From an uncultured Gemmatimonadales bacterium (GTDB lineage Bacteria > Gemmatimonadota > Gemmatimonadetes > Gemmatimonadales > GWC2-71-9), in assembly GCA_963730185.1 (NCBI GenBank), contig CAVSQW010000015.1, positions 128,001 through 192,000 of the forward strand: a DNA stretch of 64,000 nucleotides, given 5' to 3'. The notes under the pieces were generated by a model that made no database searches, had not been told where the DNA came from, and was given only the letters and a program-made list of their open reading frames with translations. The position numbers and the translations under genes were made by a program. Shown here piece after piece: positions 27,486 to 37,300 of this stretch; the stretch's first letter is position 1, and each line of letters starts with the position of its first letter.

Positions 27486-28655
27486 CTAGCGTCCAGTGCG
27501 AAAGCGGAGCAGGGCGGCCAGGCCGTCGATCCGGCGGGCGAGTGCGGGGTCGTCGATGACCCGGACCTCGCTCCGCTGGTTGAGGGCCTCGTCGATCGCG
27601 GCGTCGATCAGGTTGGGGACGGGCTCGGGGTCGCCCTCCCCCCGGCAGTGACGAGGCGAGGCCACCAGCCGGCCGCTCGTCCCGCACCGGAAGCCGGCCG
27701 ACCCCTCTCCCTCGGGAACGACCAGCACCCGGACCTGGCCCTTGGCCAGGGCGCCGAGGGTCGCCCGAATCCCATTGCGGGCCCAGCCGGTGGGACCGCC
27801 TGCCTCCACCGCCTCGACCAGCGTCTCTTCGTCCGAGCGTTCCCAGGCGGCCTGGAGGAGCCAGGTGGCCTCGGCGACGTCGGCCGCCTCGGCGACGGTC
27901 GGGTTGAGCCGGCCGGTGCCCATCAAGCGTTCCCGGAGACCGTGGGGCAGGAAATCGAGCAGGGCCGCGGTGTGCTCCGGCGGTCCCATGATCGCGATCC
28001 CCGCCGGCCGCTCCGCTCGCGCCAACCGCGCCATCTCCTCGGCCGTCGTCGCGTAGTGCCGGTGCTTCTCCGACGCGATCCGGTTGTGGTACCGTCGCTC
28101 GCCCCATCCCGGGGCATCCCCCCGGTCCGACCGGAACCGCCCGCCCCGCCGGGTCGGCGAGGTCACCCCGGTCAGCTCCTCGGCGCCGTCGGCGGCGACC
28201 GCGAAGAAGCGGGCGTGCTGCCGGTCCAGGACCACCGTGAGGTAGCGGTCGAGCGTCTCCTGAGCGTCGAACAGCTCGAGCAGCGCGGGCCGCCGGTCGA
28301 CCGTGACCCGGTTCCGATGGACCCGCCCCAGCGGGATCACTTCGAACAGGTCGAGGCGCTCGCAGGCGAACAGGGCGACTCCGGGGAGCCCTGGGAGATG
28401 GCCCGGCTTGGCGAGCCAGTCGAGAATCCGGTCCAGGTCGCCCCGGACCTCCCGAAGCGCCTCCCGGTCGACATCGAGGGCCTCGAGTTGCTTGACCATT
28501 GCCCGGGCTCGCTGGCGGATGGCCGTCAGGTAGCGCTTGCGCTGCCGGTGCTCCACGTCGAGACGGACGTAGCATGACACGACGACCGGCTGGTCGGCGG
28601 TCATCCGATCGAGTTGCTCGAGGATCTGGTCGGTGCTGGCGACGCTGGTCCCCAT
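27486..28655 (-). CDS. Bacterial archaeo-eukaryotic release factor (baeRF)-like protein, candidate Balon-type hibernation factor
   Basis: VVSCYVRLD, GVALFAC, PALLEL, TVVLDRQHARFF; eRF1 C-domain-like ALAKGQVRVLVV and DGLAALLRF; AGGAGG RBS. Confidence 0.8.
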   Translation of the reverse strand: MGTSVASTDQILEQLDRMTADQPVVVSCYVRLDVEHRQRKRYLTAIRQRARAMVKQLEALDVDREALREVRGDLDRILDWLAKPGHLPGLPGVALFACERLDLFEVIPLGRVHRNRVTVDRRPALLELFDAQETLDRYLTVVLDRQHARFFAVAADGAEELTGVTSPTRRGGRFRSDRGDAPGWGERRYHNRIASEKHRHYATTAEEMARLARAERPAGIAIMGPPEHTAALLDFLPHGLRERLMGTGRLNPTVAEAADVAEATWLLQAAWERSDEETLVEAVEAGGPTGWARNGIRATLGALAKGQVRVLVVPEGEGSAGFRCGTSGRLVASPRHCRGEGDPEPVPNLIDAAIDEALNQRSEVRVIDDPALARRIDGLAALLRFRTGR

Positions 28656-28686
28656 CGCGGTCCTCCTGGGCATCGAGTCCTGCGGG

Positions 28687-28804
28687 ATTTTAGGCGTGGA
28701 TGGCTGAAGTCACCGTGAAGGGCCGGTGAGCCCAGGTCCGATTCTCGACTCGCCGAACGCTACACGGTCGCTTCACCTCCGATTCATCGGCCTCCGGCCA
28801 GATT
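28687..28804. promoter_or_regulatory. Back-to-back regulon promoters (baeRF on -, hydrolase-like gene on +)
   Basis: Minus: GCTCA/CTTCA/CTTCA then TAAAAT (28692-28687). Plus: CTACA/CTTCA/ATTCA at 28760/28771/28782 then CAGATT at 28799. Confidence 0.65.
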
Positions 28805-28859
28805 GGCTCCCGATGCTTGGCGTCGCCAAGGGGCCGACAACCCGACGGAGGCGAACTCC

Positions 28860-29498
28860 TTGAACGTAACCCCGCTGTCCGAACCCAGTCTGGCGCGGAG
28901 CCGATCCACCGCCGGCTCGTGGTGCGTTCCCCGGCGTCCGGTCGGGGCGGTCCTGTTGTTGGCGGCCCGGTCGTCCGGGCTCGATGACGATGACGAGCCC
29001 GACCGGCTCCTGGCCGATGCCGTCTCGAACGCCGGTTTCGTCGTCCTGACGCTCGATCCCGGCGACTGGGCCGACGACGAACCGGGCGGCGTCGGCCATC
29101 GCGCCGCCGAGGTGGCCGGGTGGCTCGCCTGCCAACCGCTCGCCTGCCGGCGACCGATCGGGGTGATCGGGTGGGGGACCGAAGCGGCGGCCGCACTCCG
29201 GGCCGCCGCCGGCGCGTCGGGGTTCGTCGGGGCGGTGGCCTGTCAGGTGGCCGCCCAGGCCGAGGACACGGCGGAGGCGCTCGGCGCGGTCCGAGTCCCC
29301 ACGTTGTTGACGCTGGGCCGCGACGGGTGGGACGAGATGGGGCCCGCCCGTCTGGCGTTGGAGCGGATGGCCGCCCCGCACCGGATGGTGGTGATGCCCT
29401 CCGACGCCGGAGCCGCCTGCACGGCCGAGGCTCCGGTCGTGGGGCGGCTCCTGGCTCGGTGGTTCACCGAGCACTTGACCGCGGCCCGCCTCAGGTGA
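28860..29498 (+). CDS. Degenerate alpha/beta (dienelactone hydrolase-like) protein
   Basis: Colinear with 45282..45953 (PIGVIGWGTEAAAALRAAA vs PVGVFGASTGAAAALIAAA; VRVPTLLTLG vs VLAPTLLLVG); TTG start after GGAGG. Confidence 0.65.
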   Translation: MNVTPLSEPSLARSRSTAGSWCVPRRPVGAVLLLAARSSGLDDDDEPDRLLADAVSNAGFVVLTLDPGDWADDEPGGVGHRAAEVAGWLACQPLACRRPIGVIGWGTEAAAALRAAAGASGFVGAVACQVAAQAEDTAEALGAVRVPTLLTLGRDGWDEMGPARLALERMAAPHRMVVMPSDAGAACTAEAPVVGRLLARWFTEHLTAARLR

Positions 29499-29952
29499 GG
29501 CGGCCGGCCGCGTAGGCGCGGTTGATGTCGCTCCGGGAAATGATGCCCACCAAGTTTCCGTCAATCTCCACGAACAACCGATGCACGTCGGCGTAGTCCA
29601 TTTGCAGCGCGGCCTCGCGCACGTCGAGGGTCGGAGCCACCACCAGGGGCCGGGCGGTCATCACGTCGCGGACGACGGCCTCGGTCAGGAAACGGGCCCG
29701 CGCCTCCTGGTCGCCGGTCTCCGATTCGGCATCGAGGATGTCGCTGGCCGACACGACCCCGACGAGCTTGCCGTGCTGGTCGAGCACGGCGAGGCCGGTG
29801 ACGTGGCTGTCGGCGAGCCGGGCCACGGCCTCGTCGACCCGGGCCTCGTTCCGCACCGCGATCACGTCGCGGGTCATCAAATCGTTGACGGTGAGGTGTC
29901 CCGCCTTGGGCACCGGTCGGGGCTCGTGCTGCGGTTGCCTGATGGTTGCCAT
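29491..29952 (-). CDS. CBS-pair protein
   Basis: TVNDLMTRDV...GKLVGVVSASDI...LVGIISRSDI. Confidence 0.9.
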   Translation of the reverse strand: MATIRQPQHEPRPVPKAGHLTVNDLMTRDVIAVRNEARVDEAVARLADSHVTGLAVLDQHGKLVGVVSASDILDAESETGDQEARARFLTEAVVRDVMTARPLVVAPTLDVREAALQMDYADVHRLFVEIDGNLVGIISRSDINRAYAAGRLT

Positions 29953-29981
29953 GGGGTCGCCTCGGGTGGAAGGTCATTCCT

Positions 29982-30026
29982 ACACTACCGGGCGGGACCT
30001 AAAGCCACCTTGAAGGACCTCTGAAG
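29982..30026 (-). promoter_or_regulatory. Regulon promoter for the CBS gene
   Basis: Minus strand CTTCA/CTTCA/CTTTA; TAGTGT at +17. Confidence 0.65.
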
Positions 30027-30037
30027 CGGAGGGCGCG

Positions 30038-30997
30038 ATGACCATTCCAGCGACGGGGCCGCGGCCGCCGGGCGAAAATAGGCGGGTCGGCCGGCTGCTC
30101 GGGGAGACCGCGGCTTTGCTGGAGGAACAGCAGGCCAGTCCTTTCCGCGTGGCCGCGTATCGGCGCGCGGCCGAGGTCGTGGCCGGACTGGCTCAGCCGG
30201 TGAGCGCGATTCTGAAGGCCCGGGGCCTCGACGGTCTCGAGCAGCTGCCGGCCATCGGCCCGAGCATCGCCCGCGGGATCCGCGAAATCGTGCTCGGCGG
30301 TCGGCTCCCGATGCTCGACCGACTCCGGGACGCGCGCGATCCCGTCGCCCTGCTGAGCCAGCTGCCGTTCGTCGGCCCGGTGCTCGCCGACCGGCTGCAC
30401 CACGATCTCGGAATCGATTCGCTCGAGGAGCTGGAGGTCGCGCTCCACGACGGGCGAGTCGCCGGCCTCGAGGGGTTCGGCCCCAAGCGGGTGGCCGTCC
30501 TCCGGGAGGCGGTCGCCGCGCGGCTCGGGCGGCGACCGCCCGCCGTCCCGGGTCCGCCGGGGGAGCAGCCCTCGGTGGCCGAGCTGCTCGACGTGGACCG
30601 GGAGTACCGGCTCGGCGCCGCCCACGGTACCCTGCCGCGGATCACCCCCCGCCGTTTCAACCCGAGCCGGAAGCGCTGGCTCCCGATCCTGCACACGGTC
30701 CATGGCGACCGCGACTACACCGCGCTCTTCTCGAACACCGCGCGGGCCCATCAGCTGCATCGGACCGACGACTGGGTGGTGATCTACTACGACGGGCGGG
30801 ATCGCGAGCACCAGGCGACCGTGGTGACCGAGCGGCGGGGGCCACTCCGGGGCCGGCGGGTGGTGCGGGGCCGGGACCGGGAGTGTCTCGCCCACTACGG
30901 CGCCACTCCGCCCCCTCCCACCGAGGTGGCCTGGTTCGAGGGGCTCGAGTCCGCGGTGACTCAGGAACCTACGGCGGTCGATGACTGCGAGCCGTGA
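30038..30997 (+). CDS. PolX-N-terminal-like helix-hairpin-helix DNA-binding protein
   Basis: FRVAAYRRAA, LPAIGPSIA, LPFVGP, LEGFGPKR HhH motifs; no polymerase palm or PHP domain. Confidence 0.8.
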   Translation: MTIPATGPRPPGENRRVGRLLGETAALLEEQQASPFRVAAYRRAAEVVAGLAQPVSAILKARGLDGLEQLPAIGPSIARGIREIVLGGRLPMLDRLRDARDPVALLSQLPFVGPVLADRLHHDLGIDSLEELEVALHDGRVAGLEGFGPKRVAVLREAVAARLGRRPPAVPGPPGEQPSVAELLDVDREYRLGAAHGTLPRITPRRFNPSRKRWLPILHTVHGDRDYTALFSNTARAHQLHRTDDWVVIYYDGRDREHQATVVTERRGPLRGRRVVRGRDRECLAHYGATPPPPTEVAWFEGLESAVTQEPTAVDDCEP

Positions 30998-31036
30998 AAC
31001 GGTCGTGAAGCCGGCGCGAGTGGAGGCGAAGCCGAT

Positions 31037-31081
31037 CTTATCCGGCCGTTAAGCGTGGGTTCATGCTGGGGTTGCCATATT
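31037..31081 (+). promoter_or_regulatory. Regulon promoter for hsp20
   Basis: CTTAT/GTTAA/GTTCA at 31037/31048/31059; CATATT at 31076. Confidence 0.6.
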
Positions 31082-31135
31082 GCGCGCGCACAGGGAACCC
31101 GAGACACGCCCGGACTGCCGGGCAAGGAGGTTGGA

Positions 31136-31579
31136 ATGCGAATGGTCAAATCCAATCCCGTCGCGACGATGAAGCCCGACGTCGACCGCTTCTTCGATCG
31201 CTTCTTCAACACCCCGCTCTGGCCGCTGTCCACGCCGCGGGCGGCATTCGAGACCATTTGGGAACCGGTGCTCGACTTTTCCGAGACCAACAAGGAGTAC
31301 ATGATCCGCCTCGAGATCGCGGGCGTCACCCGCGACGATCTCGACGTGAATCTCGACGGCAACCTGTTGACCCTCTCCGGCAAGCGCGAGCTCCACAAGC
31401 AGGAAAAGAACGAGGATTTCCTCTGGGAGGAGCGGGAAGAGGGACGTTTCATCCGGACCCTCCGGCTGCCCGGGGCCGTGGACGAGGCCAAGATCGAGGC
31501 CGTGTACTCCGACGGCGTGCTGACGGTCAAGCTCCCGAAAGCGGAGGTGGCCGCCAAGAGTAAGGTCACCATCAAGTAG
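31136..31579 (+). CDS. Hsp20/alpha-crystallin small heat shock protein
   Basis: EREEGRFIRTLRLP, AVYSDGVLTVKLPK. Confidence 0.95.
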   Translation: MRMVKSNPVATMKPDVDRFFDRFFNTPLWPLSTPRAAFETIWEPVLDFSETNKEYMIRLEIAGVTRDDLDVNLDGNLLTLSGKRELHKQEKNEDFLWEEREEGRFIRTLRLPGAVDEAKIEAVYSDGVLTVKLPKAEVAAKSKVTIK

Positions 31580-31653
31580 GCCGGGACCCGCGGGTCCCGG
31601 ATCATGCCCCCGGATCGGGTCAGGCCCGGTCCGGGGGCGTTTCACACGGTGGC

Positions 31654-31690
31654 TTGACGGATAGAGATAGTACATATACTATATACTATG
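31654..31690 (+). promoter_or_regulatory. Sigma70 promoter overlapped by an AT-rich inverted repeat (probable ArsR operator)
   Basis: TTGACG-N17-TACTAT; ATAGTA-CATA-TACTAT inverted repeat at 31667-31682. Confidence 0.65.
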
Positions 31691-31711
31691 TTCTTAACGG
31701 ATTCCTGAACC

Positions 31712-32029
31712 ATGGCCGCTCGCAAACCCCTCCTCCGCGGGATCGACGCCCGCGTCCTCAAGCGGGCCGCGGAGATCATCAAGCTCGTCGGACACCCGGA
31801 GCGCCTCAAGATCGTGGAGGCCCTGGAGGGCGGCGAGTGCACGGTCGGCACCCTCTGCGAGATCTGTGATCTGGGGCAGGCGATCTGCTCCCAGCACCTG
31901 AGCCGGCTCCGAGACAAGGGCGTGGTGGCATCCCGGCGGGACGGCCTCCACGTGATCTACCGGCTGATCGAACCCAAAGTCCCCATGATCCTCGAGTGTA
32001 TCCGAAAATGCGACGTTCCCCGCTCCTGA
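31712..32029 (+). CDS. ArsR/SmtB family regulator, Cys-rich
   Basis: GHPERLKIV, SQHLSRLR, SRRDGLHVIYRL. Confidence 0.92.
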   Translation: MAARKPLLRGIDARVLKRAAEIIKLVGHPERLKIVEALEGGECTVGTLCEICDLGQAICSQHLSRLRDKGVVASRRDGLHVIYRLIEPKVPMILECIRKCDVPRS

Positions 32030-33324
32030 TCCTGAGCCTCCTGGCCGGCGCGGCGACCGCCGCGGCCGGGCAGGCGCCGCTCCGGCTTGGATTGGCCGAC
32101 GCCTTGGCGCGGGCGCGCGAGCACCATCCCGGGCTGATCGACGCCCGGATGGGGGCCGCGGTCCGCACCGCCCAGGCCGACGCCAGCCGGGCCGCGTTCC
32201 TCCCCCAGGTCTCGGTGGACTGGGGACTGATTCGAACCGACGACCCGGTGGCCGTATTCGGCTCGAAGCTCCGTCAGGGGGTGTTCGCCGCGCCGGACCT
32301 GGCGCTGGATGCCCTCAACTCGCCCGCCGCCGTGACCAACACGTCGGTCGGGGTCACGGTGGAGCAGCCCTTGGTGATGCCCGAGGCCTGGCTGGGCCGC
32401 CGGGCCGCGCTGGCGGGGGCCGAGGCGGGCCGGCGTTTCGAGGCTCGGGCCGAGCAACTGACCGCGCTCGACGTGATCCAGGCCTACTTCGGCGCCCGGC
32501 TGGCGCTGGAGCGGGTGGCGGTCATGGACACGTCGCTGGCCGCCGCCCGGCGGACTCTGGAGCAGGTCCGGGCCTTCCGTCGGGAGGGCCTGGTGACGGC
32601 GGTCGACGAGCAGCTGGCGCTGGCCAAGGTGAGCGAGCTCGAGGCCGGCCGGGCGATGGCCGACGCCGACCGGGTCGGGTCGTCCGACCGGTTGCTGGTG
32701 CTGCTCGGCGAGACCCCGGGCACGCGGGTGGAGCTGGTGGACCGGCTGGATGATGCGGTGCCGGCGTCGCCGGGCGGCGAGACGACGCGGGAGGACCTGG
32801 CGGGGCTCGAGGCGGTGGTGAGAGCTCAACAGGCCGGCCTGGACCGGGCCCGGGCGCAGTGGATTCCCTCGGTGGGCGCCTTCGGCTCCCTGAATTGGAA
32901 CCAGGGGAACTTCGGCGCGCTGGCGGGGCCGCGCCGCTGGACCGCGGGGGTGATGGTGCGCTGGAATCTGTTCCGGGGCTTCGCCGACGTGGCCGACTTG
33001 AACCGGGCCCGGGCGGAGCGCGACGCGGCCGAGCAACGCCTCGACGCCGCCCGCCGTCAAGCCGAGGCGGAGGTCCGGGCGGATTCGGCGAGAGTGGCGG
33101 CGTCGGCGGTCGCCCTGGATGCGGCCAACCGGGCGTTGACCCACGCCGAAGAAGCCGTGCGGGTTTCCGAGGCCAGATACGCTGGTGGGGTGGGGACGAT
33201 TTCCGAGCTGTTGGCGGTGCGGGCGGCGGAGTCCGGTCAGCGCCTGGCACGACTGGATGCGCTCCACCGAGCGCGGATTGCGCGGGCCGCGCTCGTCGTG
33301 GCCAAGGGAGGGATGCCCGAATGA
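32008..33324 (+). CDS. TolC family outer-membrane efflux protein
   Basis: Signal peptide, AFLPQV, ARYAGGVGTISELL. Confidence 0.9.
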   Translation: MRRSPLLILSLLAGAATAAAGQAPLRLGLADALARAREHHPGLIDARMGAAVRTAQADASRAAFLPQVSVDWGLIRTDDPVAVFGSKLRQGVFAAPDLALDALNSPAAVTNTSVGVTVEQPLVMPEAWLGRRAALAGAEAGRRFEARAEQLTALDVIQAYFGARLALERVAVMDTSLAAARRTLEQVRAFRREGLVTAVDEQLALAKVSELEAGRAMADADRVGSSDRLLVLLGETPGTRVELVDRLDDAVPASPGGETTREDLAGLEAVVRAQQAGLDRARAQWIPSVGAFGSLNWNQGNFGALAGPRRWTAGVMVRWNLFRGFADVADLNRARAERDAAEQRLDAARRQAEAEVRADSARVAASAVALDAANRALTHAEEAVRVSEARYAGGVGTISELLAVRAAESGQRLARLDALHRARIARAALVVAKGGMPE

Positions 33325-34364
33325 ACAAGTCGATCCTGGCGGTCGGAACCGCGGTCGCCCTGGTGATGGCCGCCGGCTGTGGCGGTGACCAGCCCGATGG
33401 GGCGGTGGAGCAGGGGCCGACGCGTGACGTCGCCGTGCTCCGGGTCGAGGCCGGCGGCGGCGGCGGCACCTATCGGGCGGCGGGCACGGTCCGGGCCCTC
33501 CGTCGAGCGGAACTGGCGACCCGGGTCATGGGTCGGATCGACGGGGTGAGTGTCCGGGCCGGTGATCGGGTCCGGACCGGCCAGACCCTGGTAACGATCG
33601 ACAAGGCCTCGCTCTCGGCCATGCGGCAGCAGGCCGACGCCGGCCTGGAGCTGGCCCGGGCGACCTTCCATCGGATGGAGCGTCTCTACGCCGACAGCGC
33701 GATCCCGGCGGCGCAGTTCGACCAGGCCAAGGCCGGGTACGAACAGGCCCAGGGGCAGTCGAAGGCCGCCACGTCCGAGCTGACCTACGCCGACCTGGTG
33801 GCGCCCTTCTCGGGTGTGGTCGCGGCCCGTAACGCCGACCCGGGCGATCTGGCGGTGCCCGGCCAGCCGGTGCTGGTGATCGAGGACGACGGTCCTCGGG
33901 AGGTGGTGGTGTCGGTGCCCGATCACGTGGCCGCGCAGATCAAGGTCGGGGAGGCCGTTCCGGTCGAGGTCGGCTCCGACGCCCGACGGATCGAGACCCG
34001 GGTCTCCGCCGTGGTCCGCTCGGCCGATCCGATCAGCCGGACCATCGAGGTTCGGCTCCGGACCGCCGAGCGGCTGCCGACCAACCTGACGGCGGTGGCT
34101 GAGTTTCCCACCGCGGCGCAGGGTGGGGGGAATCTGACCCTGCCGCGGAGCGCGGTGGTGGAGCGGGGACAGCTGGTGGGCGCGTTCGTGGTGGCGCCCG
34201 ACTCCACCCTGCGGCTCCGTTGGATCCGCCTGGGGCGGGTCCTGGGCGATCAGGTCGAGGTCGCGAGTGGCCTCGTGGCCGGCGATCTGGTGGCGCGGAG
34301 CCCGGGCTCGATCCAGGACGGTGAGCGGGTCCGGCCGATCGTGTCGGGGGAGAGTGGCCAGTGA
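33321..34364 (+). CDS. RND periplasmic adaptor (lipoprotein)
   Basis: MAAGC lipobox, VRAGDRV, APFSGVV, ADPISRT. Confidence 0.9.
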   Translation: MNKSILAVGTAVALVMAAGCGGDQPDGAVEQGPTRDVAVLRVEAGGGGGTYRAAGTVRALRRAELATRVMGRIDGVSVRAGDRVRTGQTLVTIDKASLSAMRQQADAGLELARATFHRMERLYADSAIPAAQFDQAKAGYEQAQGQSKAATSELTYADLVAPFSGVVAARNADPGDLAVPGQPVLVIEDDGPREVVVSVPDHVAAQIKVGEAVPVEVGSDARRIETRVSAVVRSADPISRTIEVRLRTAERLPTNLTAVAEFPTAAQGGGNLTLPRSAVVERGQLVGAFVVAPDSTLRLRWIRLGRVLGDQVEVASGLVAGDLVARSPGSIQDGERVRPIVSGESGQ

Positions 34365-37300
34365 AAACCGGACTGTCGGGCCGGATCGCTCAGGCCTTCC
34401 TGCAGAGCAAACTGACGCCGCTCCTGATCGTGGCGTCGGTGGTGGCGGGGGTGGGCGGCGTCCTCACCACTCCCCGCGAGGAAGAGCCGCAGATCAGCGT
34501 GCCGATGATCGACGTGTTCGTCGCCGCGCCGGGCGATTCGCCGGCCGAGGTGGAGCGGCGGCAGGTGGAGCCGCTGGAACGCCGTCTGTGGGAGATCCCC
34601 GGCGTCGAGCACCTCTACAGCACCATCTCGCCGGACGGCGGGATGACCATCGTCCGCTTCAAGGTGGGCGACGACCCCGAAGAGAGCCTGGTCAAGGTCT
34701 ACTCCAAGCTGAGCGGGACGCCGGCCTTGGTGAAGCTCCATACCATCGACGACGTGCCCGTGTTGGCCCTGACCCTGCACGGCGGCGGCTACGACGCCTT
34801 TCAGCTCCGCCAGATCGCGGCCGAGCTCCGGGCCGAGATCGAGCGGCTGCCGGACGTGGCTCAGGTGGAGCTGATTGGCGGGGCGCCGCGGGTGGTGACG
34901 GTGGAGCCCGATCCGGTCCGGCTCGCGAGTCACGGGCTGAGCGCGCCCGCCCTGGCCGACGCCCTCCGGGGCGCCAACGTGCTCCTCCCCGCGGGAACGG
35001 TGCTCGAGGCCAACCGCTCGCTCCCGGTGCGGGCGGGCGGCCTGCTCACCTCGGCCGACGACGTGGGGGCGGTGCTGGTCGGGGTGCACCAGGGCCGGGG
35101 CGTCCGGGTGTCGGACGTGGCGGCCGTGTCGGACGGGCCGGCGGAGCCGGTCTGGTACGTGAGCCACGTGACGGGGAGCACGAGCGAGCCGGCCGTGACC
35201 ATCTCGGTCGCCAAGCGGCCCGGCGTCAACGCCGCCGACTTGGCCGACGCCATTCTGAACCGGACCCACGACCTCTCCGGCCGGCTGGTGCCGAGCGATC
35301 TCCAGGTGACGATAACCCGGAACTACGGCGAGACGGCCAACGAGAAGGCCCAGGAGCTGCTGAGCCACATCCTGATCGCCACGGTGGGCGTGGCGGTGCT
35401 GGTCTGGCTGGCGCTGGGCTGGCGCGAGGCCCTGATCGTCCTGGTGGCCGTGCCCGTGACCCTGGCGCTCACCCTGCTCGTCTACCGGTTGCTGGGGTAC
35501 ACCCTGAACCGGATCACCCTCTTCGCCCTGGTGTTCGCGATCGGGATCCTGGTCGACGACGCCATCGTGGTGGTCGAGAACATCGCCCGGCACCTGGCCA
35601 TGCGGCGCCGGTCGCCGACCGAAGCCGCGGTCGAAGGGGTGGACGAGGTGGGGAACCCCACGATCCTGGCCACCTTCACGGTGATCGCGGCGATTCTCCC
35701 GATGGCGTTCGTCACCGGGTTGATGGGCCCCTACATGCGGCCCATCCCGGTGGGGGCCTCGCTGGCGATGCTCTTCTCTCTCGCGGTGGCGTTCATCGCC
35801 ACGCCGTACCTGGCCCTCCGGCTGGTCAAGGAGGCCTCACACGGCGAGGGCGAGGGCGAGGGGCACCCGCCGGGCCGGATGGCGCGGGTCTACCGGGGCT
35901 TGCTCGAGCGCCTGCTGGCCAATCGGGCCCAGCGCTGGACCGCCTACGTGGTGGTGGTGCTTCTGCTGCTCGGATCGGTGACGCTGGTGGTGACCGGGTT
36001 GGTGACGGTCAAGATGCTGCCCTTCGACAACAAGAGCGAGTTCCAGGTAGTGCTCGACTTCCCGGAGGGCACCACCCTGGAGACCAGCTCGCGGGCCGCG
36101 CACGAGATTGCCGAGGCGCTGGTGAAGGATCCGGCGGTTCGGGACGTGCAGGTGTATGCCGGCACGGCGTCGCCCTTCAACTTCAACGGCCTGGTCCGGC
36201 ACTACTTCCTGCGCCAGGGCCCGGAGGTGGCCGATTTGCAGGTCAACCTCCGGCCCAAAGACGAGCGCTCGGATCAGAGCCACGCCATCGCGGTCCGGCT
36301 CCGGCCGGCGGTCGTGGCCGTGGCCGAGCGCTACGGCGCCCGGTCCAAGGTGGCGGAGATCCCGCCCGGTCCGCCGGTGTTCGCCACGCTCACGGCCGAG
36401 GTGTTCGGACCCGACGACTCCACCCGCCGGGCGGTGGCCGAGCGGGTCCGCTCGGCGTTCGACAGCACCGAGGGGATCGTCGACGTGGACTGGACCCTGG
36501 CCGATCCCAGCCAGGAGCTCCGGGTCTTGGCCCGGAACGAGGCGGCGACCCTGACCGGCTTCGTGACCGCCGATCTGGCCGGGAACCTGGCGGCGGTGGG
36601 CGGGCTCGACGCCGGGACCCTGCACGACCCGCGGTCGGCCGAGCCGGTGCCGATCTCGGTCCGGCTGCCAGCGGTGGACCGGGTCGGGGTGGAACCGCTC
36701 CAGAGCCTGCCGATGCTGTCGCGGGCCGGCGTGGTGGTGCCGGCCTCGGCGGTGGCGGACGTGAGGGAGGTGCCGCGGCTCGAGTCCCGGTACCGGAAGG
36801 ACCTGAAGCCGGTGATCTACGTGACCGCCGACGTCGCCGGGGCCATCGAGGCGCCGGTCTACGCGATGCTCCAGGTCGACCCGATCCTGACCCGGGCCGG
36901 CGTGGCCACCACCTGGCGGGGGGCGGAGACGGCCACCGAGCAGGCCAGCGTGAACTGGGATGGCGAGTGGCAAATCACCTACGAGGTGTTCCGCGACCTC
37001 GGGGTCGCGTTCGCGGCGGTGCTGGTGCTGATCTACTTCCTGGTGGTCGCCTGGTTCCAGTCGTTCAAGACCCCGTTGGTGATCATGGCGCCGATCCCTC
37101 TCACCCTGATCGGCATCCTGCCGGCTCACGCGGTGGGCGGAGCGTTCTTTACGGCGACGTCGATGATCGGGATGATCGCGCTGGCCGGGATCATCGTCCG
37201 GAACTCCATTCTGCTGGTCGACTTCACCGAGCTGGCCCGGGAGCGGGGCCGTTCGGTCAAGGAGGCCGTGATCGAGGCGGGGCTGATCCGAGCTCGCCCG

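Noticed and set aside
30995..31010. Reverse TTCA repeat pair at the end of the HhH gene as an antisense promoter
   Set aside because: Only two units and no acceptable -10 at the expected distance.
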